This document shows positions 55,847 through 64,000 of a stretch of 64,000 nt of DNA, piece by piece. The stretch lies in NCBI RefSeq assembly GCF_965139275.1, contig NZ_CBCSLE010000005.1. One strand, 5' to 3'. The notes beneath the pieces are model-generated. The model searched no databases. It saw only the letters and a list, made by a program, of their open reading frames with translations, and was not told the origin of the DNA. Each line of letters begins with the position of its first letter. The first letter of the stretch is position 1. This DNA comes from Corallococcus exiguus (GTDB lineage Bacteria; Myxococcota; Myxococcia; Myxococcales; Myxococcaceae). Made by a program: the position numbers and the translations under genes.

Positions 55847-57414
55847 TGACCCTCGGGGTTCCCACGCTGCTCCTGCTGCTGGCCGGCGCGGGAACCCCGC
55901 GTGGCCTCCCGCACGAGCGGGAGGCCGTACAGAAGCTGGTCGCCGAGTCCGGGCGGCCCACCTCGCCTGGCGCGCCATCGCCGCGCTACGAGCCCGAGGA
56001 CACGGTGGAGTCCGTCGTGTCTCCGGGCGGGCGCTTCCGCATCCACTTCACCCGCCAGGGCACCCACGCCGTGCCGCCAGCGGACGCGGATGGCAGCGGC
56101 GTGCCCGACTTCGTGGAGCTCGTCGGGCGCACCTACGAACGCGTGGCGACGTTCTACGTGGACCTGGGCTTCCGCCTGCCGCCCGACGACACGAATCCGG
56201 CCGGGGACGACGGCGGCGACGGCCGCTTCGACGTGTACCTGGTGGACTTCGCGAGGATTGGCGACGGCGCCTTCCGGCAGGAGACCTGCCTGGAGGGCGT
56301 CACGCGCTGCACCGGCTTCATGCTCCAGGAGAACGACTTCACGGGCTACAACTACCCGTCCGACGCAGAGGCCGTGGAGATCCTGGCCAGCCACGAGTTC
56401 TTCCACGCGGTGCAGGCCGCCTACCGGCCTGACCTGGGCGGCGTCGCCTCCGAGGGCACCGCCGTCTGGGCCACCGAGCGCTTCGAGCCCGCGCTCGACG
56501 ACCTGGAGCACTTCACCCGCGGCTACATGCTGACTCCGGACAGCACGCTGGTGCTGGACCCCGCGGGGCCCGGCGTGACCTTCATCTACGGCGCGGGGCT
56601 CTTCTTCCAGTTCGTGGGCGAGCGCTACGGTGACGGCGCGCTCGTCGCGCTGCTGGAGGAGTCCGTGCGCCAGCCGGAGGCCCGCTGGCCGGTGCTGCTG
56701 GACACCTGTCTGCGCCGCGACTTCGCCTCCAGCTTCGACGCGGCCTTCGCCCAATTCGCCACCTGGAACCTGGGCACCGGCCCGCGCGCGACGCCGGGGT
56801 TCGGCTACGCGCGAGGGGAGGGCTATGCACCGGTGGCGAAGACGGCGGCGGAGCTCCCCACCACGATCGACCGCGTGCGCGTCGCGGCGGCGGCCTCGCG
56901 GATCTTCGAGGTCCCCGGCGGCGCTTCCTTCGTGGGCGCCTCGTTCGAGCCCGAGCCGGGCATCGACCCGGCCACGGTGCACCTGGTCGTCGCGGCCGTC
57001 ACGGATGACGCCGTGCTGCGGGTGGCGACCGTGGACGGGCCGGACGCCCTGCGCGCCCAGGTGGCCGCGGATGACGCCACGCGCGTGATGGTGGCGGTCG
57101 TGGATGGCCGGATGGAAGGCCTGGGTCGCTATGGCCGCCTGTGCATCGCTGCCACTGGCCAGTCCGCGTCCTGCGCGCCCCTCGAGTCGACGGATGCCGG
57201 AACCGACGCTGGGACCCCCGATGCCGGCGCGGACGCGGGCACCGCCGATGCGGGGACCGTGGACGCGGGCAGGCCCGTGGATCCCATCGATGATCCGCGC
57301 ACGCCCTCGGATGACGGTGGCTGCCAGGCCGCGGGTGGCCCCCTGTCCGGTGCGCTCGTCGCGCTGCTGCTCGGCGGGGGCCTGCGGGCCCGGCGGCGTT
57401 CACGGGCGCGTTAG
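55846..57414 (+). CDS. Secreted HExxH zinc-metalloprotease-like protein with MYXO-CTERM sorting domain
   Basis: ATG shares one nt with the upstream TGA. Signal MTLGVPTLLLLLAGAGTP. HEFFHAVQ motif. C-terminal DAGT repeats then GGCQAAGGPLSGALVALLLGGGLRARRRSRAR (Cys + hydrophobic helix + Arg cluster = MYXO-CTERM). Confidence 0.7.
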   Translation: MTLGVPTLLLLLAGAGTPRGLPHEREAVQKLVAESGRPTSPGAPSPRYEPEDTVESVVSPGGRFRIHFTRQGTHAVPPADADGSGVPDFVELVGRTYERVATFYVDLGFRLPPDDTNPAGDDGGDGRFDVYLVDFARIGDGAFRQETCLEGVTRCTGFMLQENDFTGYNYPSDAEAVEILASHEFFHAVQAAYRPDLGGVASEGTAVWATERFEPALDDLEHFTRGYMLTPDSTLVLDPAGPGVTFIYGAGLFFQFVGERYGDGALVALLEESVRQPEARWPVLLDTCLRRDFASSFDAAFAQFATWNLGTGPRATPGFGYARGEGYAPVAKTAAELPTTIDRVRVAAAASRIFEVPGGASFVGASFEPEPGIDPATVHLVVAAVTDDAVLRVATVDGPDALRAQVAADDATRVMVAVVDGRMEGLGRYGRLCIAATGQSASCAPLESTDAGTDAGTPDAGADAGTADAGTVDAGRPVDPIDDPRTPSDDGGCQAAGGPLSGALVALLLGGGLRARRRSRAR

Positions 57415-58445
57415 CGCTCGAACTCGTCGCACCCCGTCTCCTGCTTGGACGGGAAGGCGGACTTCTTCTCCTGGCGCACGTAGTCGTGGCTCTGGGAGAA
57501 GAGGTCCGGGCTGCTCACGGTCACGGTGCCCTTCGCGGCGTCGGCCGTCTTCCACTGGAGCGCCTCCGGCTTGCCGTCCGCGGCCGTGAGCCCCAGCACC
57601 CAGGCCCCGGCGCCCTTGCCGGCCTCCACGGACGTCACCTTCATCGTCGTGGCCTCCTGGCCCAGCTGCACCTCCACCTCGCCCGTCGCGGGCTTGACGG
57701 TGAAGCTGCGCGTCGCGGCCGAGCAGGGCTTGAGCACCACGAAGCCCTTGCCCTGACGCGTCAGCTCCACCCACGTCCCCGCGAACGGCTGGAGTTTGTC
57801 CGCGGCCACGGGAGCCTTCGCGGCCGTGGGCGCGCCTTCCGCCGCACAGTCCAGGTCCTCGCGCTTGAGCAGCCCCGCCGTGGCCTTCTGGGGCCCCTGG
57901 AAGCGCGCGGCGAGGAAGTCCGGCTCCACCGGGTCGACGTAGGCCTCCACCGCGTCCCCGGACACCACGAACGCCTTGCGCGGCGTGTTGGCCGCGTCAG
58001 AAGCGTGGAAGCCCGCCTTGGACACCTTCACCTTGCAGATGCTCAGCGGCTTGGAGGTGCTCCGGGCGAACGTGTCCTTGCCTGAGTAGCCGGCGCCGCA
58101 ACAGGACGGTGACGGACCCGACTCCAGGACGAATTGCTTGGGATTGACGCGCAGCGTCCAGGCGTCTTCCTCACCCGCCTGATGAAGTGACCAATTCGTG
58201 GCTGTCTTCTTCTGGACGACCAGGGCGCAATCGCAGGTGCCCGCGCTGCTGCCCTGCGGGAACGAGCCCGAGAAGTGCACGAGCGTCTCGTTGCTGCCCT
58301 CGACGATGGCGAGCGTCCCGCTCTTGTTCGAATAGACCCCCGTGAGTCCCTCGGATCCCTGAGCCGAGGCGTCCGGGACCGCGCCTGTGACGCAAATGGC
58401 AAACGGCAATGCCAAACTTTTGAATTCCGGTTGGATCCTGGACAT
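57411..58445 (-). CDS. Hypothetical secreted protein
   Basis: Signal MSRIQPEFKSLALPFAICVTGAVPDASAQG. No known motifs. Stop overlaps the previous gene end. Confidence 0.5.
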   Translation of the reverse strand: MSRIQPEFKSLALPFAICVTGAVPDASAQGSEGLTGVYSNKSGTLAIVEGSNETLVHFSGSFPQGSSAGTCDCALVVQKKTATNWSLHQAGEEDAWTLRVNPKQFVLESGPSPSCCGAGYSGKDTFARSTSKPLSICKVKVSKAGFHASDAANTPRKAFVVSGDAVEAYVDPVEPDFLAARFQGPQKATAGLLKREDLDCAAEGAPTAAKAPVAADKLQPFAGTWVELTRQGKGFVVLKPCSAATRSFTVKPATGEVEVQLGQEATTMKVTSVEAGKGAGAWVLGLTAADGKPEALQWKTADAAKGTVTVSSPDLFSQSHDYVRQEKKSAFPSKQETGCDEFER

Positions 58446-58533
58446 CGGACTGGTCCTCATGGGCAGGTTCTTCAGCCTCAGCGGATCGATCCGCTGAAAC
58501 TGAAGCTGCTGGAATCACTGGTTTCACACGATT

Positions 58534-60252
58534 GTGACTGGGAATGCGAAACTGATCGCATTGCCTTTCGATAATCCGGGCAATCCAAGCACGTCCGCGG
58601 CGCCTTTGGTCGCGGCCAGACATCGAGGGGTCTTCTCCGTGACCGTCTCCAACATCCGCGTCAATTCGGGCGACACGCTTTCCGGCCTCGCGAAGCGCTA
58701 CAACACGACCGTTGACGCGCTGGCCAAGGCGAACAACATCAAGGATCCGAACAAGATCCTGGCCGGCCAGACGCTGAAGGTGCAGGACGGCTTCGACACG
58801 AAGGGCACCAACAAGTCGAGCGCGGGGACGAAGACGTCGGGCGACAGCTTCACGCAGTCCACGGACGGCGCGAAGGCGACCACGCCCGCCGCGAACACGA
58901 ACTCCAGCAGCGCGACCAACGGGGAGTTGGGTGGGCTGAGCCGCAAGTACGAGGCTCGCGGCCCCGGCACCGTGTCCACGGGCAAGGGTGACAAGGGCGG
59001 CGTGTCCTACGGCTCCTACCAGTTCGCCTCCGCGAACGGGTCCGCGCAGTCGTTCGTCAACTCGCTGAAGAAGACGAACCCGGAGTTCCACAAGGCGCTG
59101 TCGGGCAGCAAGCCGGGCACTGCGGAGTTCTCCGCCGCGTGGAAGCAGCTGGCCGCGAAGGACCCGAAGGGCTTCGACAAGGCGCAGCACGACTACATCA
59201 AGACCACGCACTACGACGCGGGCGCCGCCAACATCAAGAAGGCGACGGGCATCGACCTGGACAAGCGCTCCGCTGCGCTGCGGGACGTGGCCTGGTCCAC
59301 CTCCGTGCAGCACGGCCCGGGCAAGGCGGACGACATCTTCAAGAAGGCGCTCAACGGGCGCGACCCCGCGAAGGTGAGCGACGAGCAGCTCATCAAGGAC
59401 ATCTACGCCGAGCGCGGCCGCACCAACGCCAGCGGCACCCTGGTGCACTTCTCCGGCAGCTCCAAGGACGTGCAGAAGGGCGTGGCCAACCGATTCAAGT
59501 CGGAGGCGAAGGACGCCCTCGCGATGCTGAAGCAGGAGAAGTCGGGCACCACGACCAAGCCGGCCAACACCAACACGGGCGTGGTTCCCCCGTCCGTGAA
59601 CAACGGTTCGAAGCCGGGCACCACGGAAGGCAAGCCCACGACGCAGGGCACGAACACCTCCAAGCCCACCACGGAGGCGGCCCCCGCGAACACGGAGCAG
59701 GTGGCCCCGTCCAAGGACAAGCCGGCGGTGCACGTGAAGGTGCCGTACTACAGCCAGTTCGAGAACGGCCACGGCTACACCGCGAGCGACACGGCGTGCT
59801 TCAAGGCCGCGACGGCGATGGCGCGTGACTCCGGCGCGACCGTGCTGGGCCCGGACCGCCGCATTCAGGTGGGCAAGAGCGAGAACGGCGTCGGCGCGCT
59901 CAACGTGGACTCGAAGAAGGCCGCCGAGGGCCGCAGCTACATCGACAAGCAGCTGGAGGCCGGCAAGCCGGTGGTCGTGGGCGTGAGCCACAAGGACGCG
60001 AGCTACAACGCGGACGGCCTCACGGACCACTTCGTGACCATCACGGGCCGCGGCGTCGACGACAAGGGCCGCACCTACTACACGTTCCACGACCCGGGCA
60101 CGAAGAACGCCAGCACGGGCAAGGACACGAACCCGAACAACCGCTTCTACGTGGATGACAAGACCGGGAACATGTACCGCCCCGGCAAGGCCGCGAACGG
60201 CTACGTGACCGAGCGCCACTACGACGTGGCCATGGTGCGCATCAACAAGTAG
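58534..60252 (+). CDS. LysM-domain peptidoglycan-binding protein with lysozyme-like (GH108-like) segment and C-terminal C39-like cysteine peptidase domain
   Basis: LysM: [46 protein letters not shown]. Middle [16 protein letters not shown] resembles the GGxTxYGI motif of GH108-type muramidases. C-terminal [30 protein letters not shown] resembles the Peptidase_C39_2 start (vPyysQ...C). Confidence 0.6.
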   Translation: MTGNAKLIALPFDNPGNPSTSAAPLVAARHRGVFSVTVSNIRVNSGDTLSGLAKRYNTTVDALAKANNIKDPNKILAGQTLKVQDGFDTKGTNKSSAGTKTSGDSFTQSTDGAKATTPAANTNSSSATNGELGGLSRKYEARGPGTVSTGKGDKGGVSYGSYQFASANGSAQSFVNSLKKTNPEFHKALSGSKPGTAEFSAAWKQLAAKDPKGFDKAQHDYIKTTHYDAGAANIKKATGIDLDKRSAALRDVAWSTSVQHGPGKADDIFKKALNGRDPAKVSDEQLIKDIYAERGRTNASGTLVHFSGSSKDVQKGVANRFKSEAKDALAMLKQEKSGTTTKPANTNTGVVPPSVNNGSKPGTTEGKPTTQGTNTSKPTTEAAPANTEQVAPSKDKPAVHVKVPYYSQFENGHGYTASDTACFKAATAMARDSGATVLGPDRRIQVGKSENGVGALNVDSKKAAEGRSYIDKQLEAGKPVVVGVSHKDASYNADGLTDHFVTITGRGVDDKGRTYYTFHDPGTKNASTGKDTNPNNRFYVDDKTGNMYRPGKAANGYVTERHYDVAMVRINK

Positions 60253-60354
60253 CCCCGGCGGCGAAAGCCCCGGAAGTGATTCGGCCCGGCGACCTCGTGA
60301 AGAGGTCGACCGGGCCGTTGTGCGTCATCCGTCTGGGATTCGAAGCGCCGGGCC

Positions 60355-61950
60355 CTACGCCTGCGCCGCCTCGCGCCGCGCGGGCACCTCGCCGCGCAGC
60401 TCCGCGACCTCTGCGCGCAGGAGCCAGTCGGTGGGGAAGTCCGTGGACGCGCGGGCGATCTGCTCCAGCCGCTCGGAGGCCAGCTGTCCCGTCTCGCGGA
60501 TGCGGCGCACCTCCGTGTAGAGGGCGGCCAGCGACGGGGGCAGGGCCTGCGCCTTGCGCTCGCGCGCCTGGGCCTCGCCGTCGCCCGCGGTGAAGGCGTC
60601 CATCTCTCCGAACCACTCGTCCCACGTGCCCGGGTCGGCGGGGCCGCCCGCCACGGACGGCAGCCGCTCCGTCAGGTACAGGCGCGCCATGGACGGCAGC
60701 GTCAGCTCCTGGCCGGCCAGCGTGCCGCGCAGGGCAATCACCTCTCCGCCGCCCACCGCGAAGCCCTCCAGCACCAGCCCGCTGTCGAGCGTGAGCGTGA
60801 AGCTCCCGCGCTCCGGAAGGGTGCCCTGGCCAAAGGCGACCAGCGCCGCGCCGCTGAACGGCTTGTCCAGGGCGTGCCCGTTCATGGACGTGAGGATGGG
60901 GCCCTCCAGCCGGGCCAGCGCGGTGGACAGGCCCGGGGCCACGTCCTTCGCGGCGGGCAGCAGCTCCACCACCTTGCCCGTCACCTCGCGGCCGTCCGCG
61001 AGCACCAGGTGGTTGACCGTGCGCGCGCGCAGCGCCTCGTTGAGGCCCAGGTCTCCGCCGCGCTTCCACGCGAGCGTGGACTCGAACTCGGCCAGGACTT
61101 CGAAGAGGTGCTCGAAGTCGCGCGCCACGAAGAGCTGCGGCTGCATGCGGGTGATGTCGTAGTCCGTGTCCGCGCACGCCACGCCCAGGGGCAGCTTGTG
61201 CACGGCGGACGTCAGGCAGTGCCGGGCCTCGCCGATGCTGGACAGCAGGCCCGCGCCGTAGATGCGCGGGTGCTTCAGGTCGCCAATCAGCCCGTACTCC
61301 GCGGTCCACCAGTACAGGCGGCTCGCGCGGGTGCTCTCGCTGATGTAGCGGTGGCTGGCGTTGGCGGCCTCCAGGCGGGCCTGGGCGTGGGCGATCTCCT
61401 CCTCCGTCGCGGTGGGGTCCTCCTTCACCACGGAGAGGTTGCGGATGGCCTCGAAGACGGCCTGGTCCTCCACGCTGGCGATGGCCTTGAAGCCCACCAG
61501 CCCCACGGCCTTGAGGTACTGGGCATAGCGCGCGTTCGCGATGATGGGCGCGTGGCCCGCGCTCTCATGGACGATGTCCGGCGCGGGCGTGTACTGGATG
61601 TGCTCGTGCGTGCGGATGTCCGCCGCGATGGCCAGCACGCCCAGCGCCTGCAGCTCCGTGAAGACGGCCGGCGGGATGAAGCCGCGCACCGCCACGCAGG
61701 ACCAGCCCAGCGTGGACAGCTTCTCGTTCATCTCGTCCAGGCTGGGGATGGCCTCCGCGCCAATGCCCGTGGCCTCCAGGCCCTCCAGGTAGACGGGGTG
61801 CGCCTTGTCGCTCAGGTGCTCGCGCAGCTGCCCCAGGATGTGCCGCCACACCGCCTGATCCCGGGGCGTGTACGCCGCGTAGTCCTGGCCCACCACGTAG
61901 CGGCGCAGGTGGGCGGGAAGGCGGGCAATGGTCCGTTCCGTGGGCGTCAT
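60355..61950 (-). CDS. Aromatic amino-acid hydroxylase (phenylalanine-4-hydroxylase-like) with about 230-aa C-terminal extension
   Basis: Start ATG at 61950 (MTPTERTIARL). Biopterin-dependent hydroxylase core PDIVHESAGHAPIIANARYAQYLK with two-His-one-Glu iron ligands region. Long C-terminal domain of unknown function. Confidence 0.8.
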   Translation of the reverse strand: MTPTERTIARLPAHLRRYVVGQDYAAYTPRDQAVWRHILGQLREHLSDKAHPVYLEGLEATGIGAEAIPSLDEMNEKLSTLGWSCVAVRGFIPPAVFTELQALGVLAIAADIRTHEHIQYTPAPDIVHESAGHAPIIANARYAQYLKAVGLVGFKAIASVEDQAVFEAIRNLSVVKEDPTATEEEIAHAQARLEAANASHRYISESTRASRLYWWTAEYGLIGDLKHPRIYGAGLLSSIGEARHCLTSAVHKLPLGVACADTDYDITRMQPQLFVARDFEHLFEVLAEFESTLAWKRGGDLGLNEALRARTVNHLVLADGREVTGKVVELLPAAKDVAPGLSTALARLEGPILTSMNGHALDKPFSGAALVAFGQGTLPERGSFTLTLDSGLVLEGFAVGGGEVIALRGTLAGQELTLPSMARLYLTERLPSVAGGPADPGTWDEWFGEMDAFTAGDGEAQARERKAQALPPSLAALYTEVRRIRETGQLASERLEQIARASTDFPTDWLLRAEVAELRGEVPARREAAQA

Positions 61951-62043
61951 CGCGAGCGGCTCCTTCAGGAGATGCAGGACTCCTGAAGAATACGCACCCC
62001 ACTGCAAGACGGAAATCCGGCAGAATTCGACGTCTTCGTCGGA

Positions 62044-62964
62044 TTATCGTCGTTTATTCAGGCGGCGACGCACCCCGTCGAGGATGGCCTGGACGGCGGG
62101 GCTGAGGCCTCCGGAGGGCCAGACGGCTACCACCTCCACGACCTGGGGCTCCAGTTCGCGCAGGGGCCAGACGTGGAGATCCGCGGGGAACGGCTGGGTG
62201 GGGCGCACGTCCGGGGCGATGGTGCAGGCCTTGTACGCGCGAAGCAGCTCGTAGAGGTGGAGGAAGCTCTCCACCCGGCCGACCTCGGTGACGGAGACGC
62301 CGTGCGCTGCGAAGCGCGCGCTGTTGGCTCCGCCGTAGGGGTCGTCCCGCAACCAGTCCACGAAGCGCTGACCCTGGAGGTCCTTCACATCCAGGGTGCG
62401 GCGGGAGGCGTGCGCCTTCGCGAGCGGGGAGTCGGGCCCCGCGATGACCGCGAAGGACATGCGCAGCAGGGACTCGGTGTCCACGCCCTCGTGCGGAGGC
62501 AGGGGGGTGAAGTCGAGCGCCAGGTCCTGCTGCCGCGTCTGCACCTGCCGCATGAGCTCGTGCGAACCGCCGAAGCCCACCACCAGCTTGAGGTCGGCGG
62601 CGGCGGCGTCCTGCGCGATGCCGCCCAGCAGCGACATGGACAGCGTGGGGTTGAGGCCCAGGCGCAGGGTGGGCTCCACGCGGGCCAGGTCCATCAGCCG
62701 CTTCACGTCCAGCTGGTGCAGCGGCGTCTGGGTGCCCGCGTAGAGGCGCTCTCCACGCGCGGACAGTTGCAGGCGCCGGCCAGGCCCCCGCTCCAGCAGG
62801 GCGGCGCCATCCGCGAGCGCTTCCTCCAGGGCGCGGATGTGCTCGCTCACGACGGAGCGGGCGACGCCCAGGTGCTCCGCGGCGGCGTCGATGCTGCCTG
62901 CCTCCACGGCGGCGGTGAAGGACTCGAGCCAGACCAGATGTCGCTGGAGCTTGCGCGGGGGCAT
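62044..62964 (-). CDS. LysR-family transcriptional regulator
   Basis: N-terminal HTH LQRHLVWLESFTAAVEAGSIDAAAEHLGVARSVVSEHIRALEE and LysR substrate-binding domain. Confidence 0.85.
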   Translation of the reverse strand: MPPRKLQRHLVWLESFTAAVEAGSIDAAAEHLGVARSVVSEHIRALEEALADGAALLERGPGRRLQLSARGERLYAGTQTPLHQLDVKRLMDLARVEPTLRLGLNPTLSMSLLGGIAQDAAAADLKLVVGFGGSHELMRQVQTRQQDLALDFTPLPPHEGVDTESLLRMSFAVIAGPDSPLAKAHASRRTLDVKDLQGQRFVDWLRDDPYGGANSARFAAHGVSVTEVGRVESFLHLYELLRAYKACTIAPDVRPTQPFPADLHVWPLRELEPQVVEVVAVWPSGGLSPAVQAILDGVRRRLNKRR

Positions 62965-62978
62965 GGGGCCAAGACGCG

Positions 62979-63800
62979 CTAGAGGAAGAAGTCGGGCAGC
63001 AGCTCCGCGCCGGGAACGGACTGGTACTTGTCCAGGTTGGTGACGCCGGCGGCGCGCAGCACTTCATCGTCGATGCAGAAGTTGCCGGTGAAGGAGCGGC
63101 TGGGCTTGGTGAGGATGGTGTAGGCGGCGTCGGCCATGATCTCCGGCGTGCGGCTGCCCTTGATGGTGTCGTCGCCGCCCAGCAGGTTCTGCACGGCGGC
63201 GGTGGCGATGACGGTGCGGGGCCACAGCGTGTTGACGGCAATGCCGTCGTCCTTGAGCTCCTCCGCCATGCCCAGCGCGCACAGGCTCATGCCGTACTTC
63301 GCGATGGTGTAGGCCACGTGGGGGCCGAACCAGCGCGGCTCCATGTTGAGCGGCGGCGAGTTGTTGAGGATGTGCGGGTTGGAGGACTTCTTGAGGTACG
63401 GGATGCACGCCTGCGAGCACGCGAAGGTGCCGCGCGTGTTGATGCCGTGCATCAGGTCGAAGCGCTTGAGCGGCGTCTCCAGGGTGCCGGTGAGACTGAT
63501 GGCGCTGGCGTTGTTCACCAGGATGTCGATGCCGCCGAAGGTCTCCACGGCCTTGGCGACGGCGGCGTGGATCTGCGCCTCGTCGCGGATGTCCACCACG
63601 CAGGGGAGGGCCTTGCCGCCGGCCTCTTCAATCTCCTTCGCCGCCGTGTAGATGGTGCCGGGCAGCTTGGGGTGCGGGTCCGTGGTTTTCGCCGCGATGA
63701 CGATGTTGGCGCCGTCGCGGGCCGCGCGCAGCGCGATGGCCTTGCCGATGCCGCGGCTGGCGCCGGTGATGAAGAGGGTCTTGCCTTGGAGGTTGGACAT
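62979..63800 (-). CDS. Short-chain dehydrogenase/reductase (SDR) family oxidoreductase
   Basis: TGASRGIGKAIA Rossmann motif, NNAS, catalytic YTIAK (YxxxK). Start at ATG 63800 (MSNLQGKTLFITG). Confidence 0.85.
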   Translation of the reverse strand: MSNLQGKTLFITGASRGIGKAIALRAARDGANIVIAAKTTDPHPKLPGTIYTAAKEIEEAGGKALPCVVDIRDEAQIHAAVAKAVETFGGIDILVNNASAISLTGTLETPLKRFDLMHGINTRGTFACSQACIPYLKKSSNPHILNNSPPLNMEPRWFGPHVAYTIAKYGMSLCALGMAEELKDDGIAVNTLWPRTVIATAAVQNLLGGDDTIKGSRTPEIMADAAYTILTKPSRSFTGNFCIDDEVLRAAGVTNLDKYQSVPGAELLPDFFL

Positions 63801-63895
63801 GGGCCGCATCCTGACCCACTCCACCGCCGCGTGCATCTGGAAGACACCCGGTGGACCGGGGCCGCGAGGAGCCCCGGTCCCCGGACTGTCGGTTA

Positions 63896-64000
63896 CTGCG
63901 TGATGCAGGTGACCGTTTCGAGCATGGTCACATTGGAGTTGCCGGTGGTGCCCCAGTTGCCCACGCCGTTCGTGCCCACGACGAATGAGTAGGCGGAGCC
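63896..64000 (-). CDS. C-terminal end of an unidentified (probably secreted) protein; gene continues beyond window end
   Basis: Minus-strand stop TAA at 63896-63898. Translated tail ...GSAYSFVVGTNGVGNWGTTGNSNVTMLETVTCITQ. Too short to classify. Confidence 0.3.

Overview
High-GC (~68-70%) chromosomal segment from a Myxococcus-like myxobacterium. Several landmarks support this: a stand-alone groEL without groES, a RomR-type polarity response regulator, a ferritin-like encapsulin cargo protein, Myxococcus cysteine-rich-repeat/Kelch lipoproteins and a MYXO-CTERM protein. The window splits into five blocks. (1) 1-16260: a Wzx/Wzy-type polysaccharide biosynthesis locus, with many start/stop overlaps that suggest translational coupling. 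It encodes a GT26-like glycosyltransferase, five GT1/GT2 glycosyltransferases, a serine-acetyltransferase-like protein, an embedded NtrC-family sigma-54 activator, a sugar-nucleotidyltransferase-like protein, a Wzz-type chain-length protein without a kinase domain, a PIG-L deacetylase and a Wzy polymerase. (2) 16304-26841: two tandemly duplicated giant Kelch-repeat/Cys-rich-repeat lipoproteins with duplicated leader hairpins, followed by an acyltransferase-3 and a GT-C (ArnT/PMT-like) membrane glycosyltransferase. (3) 28537-33561: a small integrated element at a tRNA-Sec (selC-like) gene, bounded by a 66-bp direct repeat of the tRNA 3' end. It carries a lipoprotein polymorphic toxin with a C-terminal WHH (HNH-superfamily) nuclease domain plus two small candidate immunity genes, an IS66 transposase remnant, and an AT-rich (~50% GC) DUF262 defence-like gene. 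(4) 33604-51068: housekeeping and signalling genes. These are a methyltransferase, a transglutaminase-like protein, a TPR/zincin protein, a CheY-like regulator, groEL with a CIRCE-like operator, a hybrid histidine kinase, an EncC-like encapsulin cargo, a REC-GGDEF protein, a CheW-like protein, romR, valS with an unusual lysine/alanine-rich histone-H1-like C-terminal tail, and nadC. (5) 51138-64000: secreted and lipoprotein genes. These include a small Cys-rich secreted peptide next to a lipoprotein, a full-length bacterial major vault protein homologue, an HExxH protease with MYXO-CTERM, a LysM/lysozyme-like/C39-like peptidase protein, an extended aromatic amino-acid hydroxylase, a LysR regulator and an SDR. 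Most long ORFs antisense to these genes are GC-driven artefacts.
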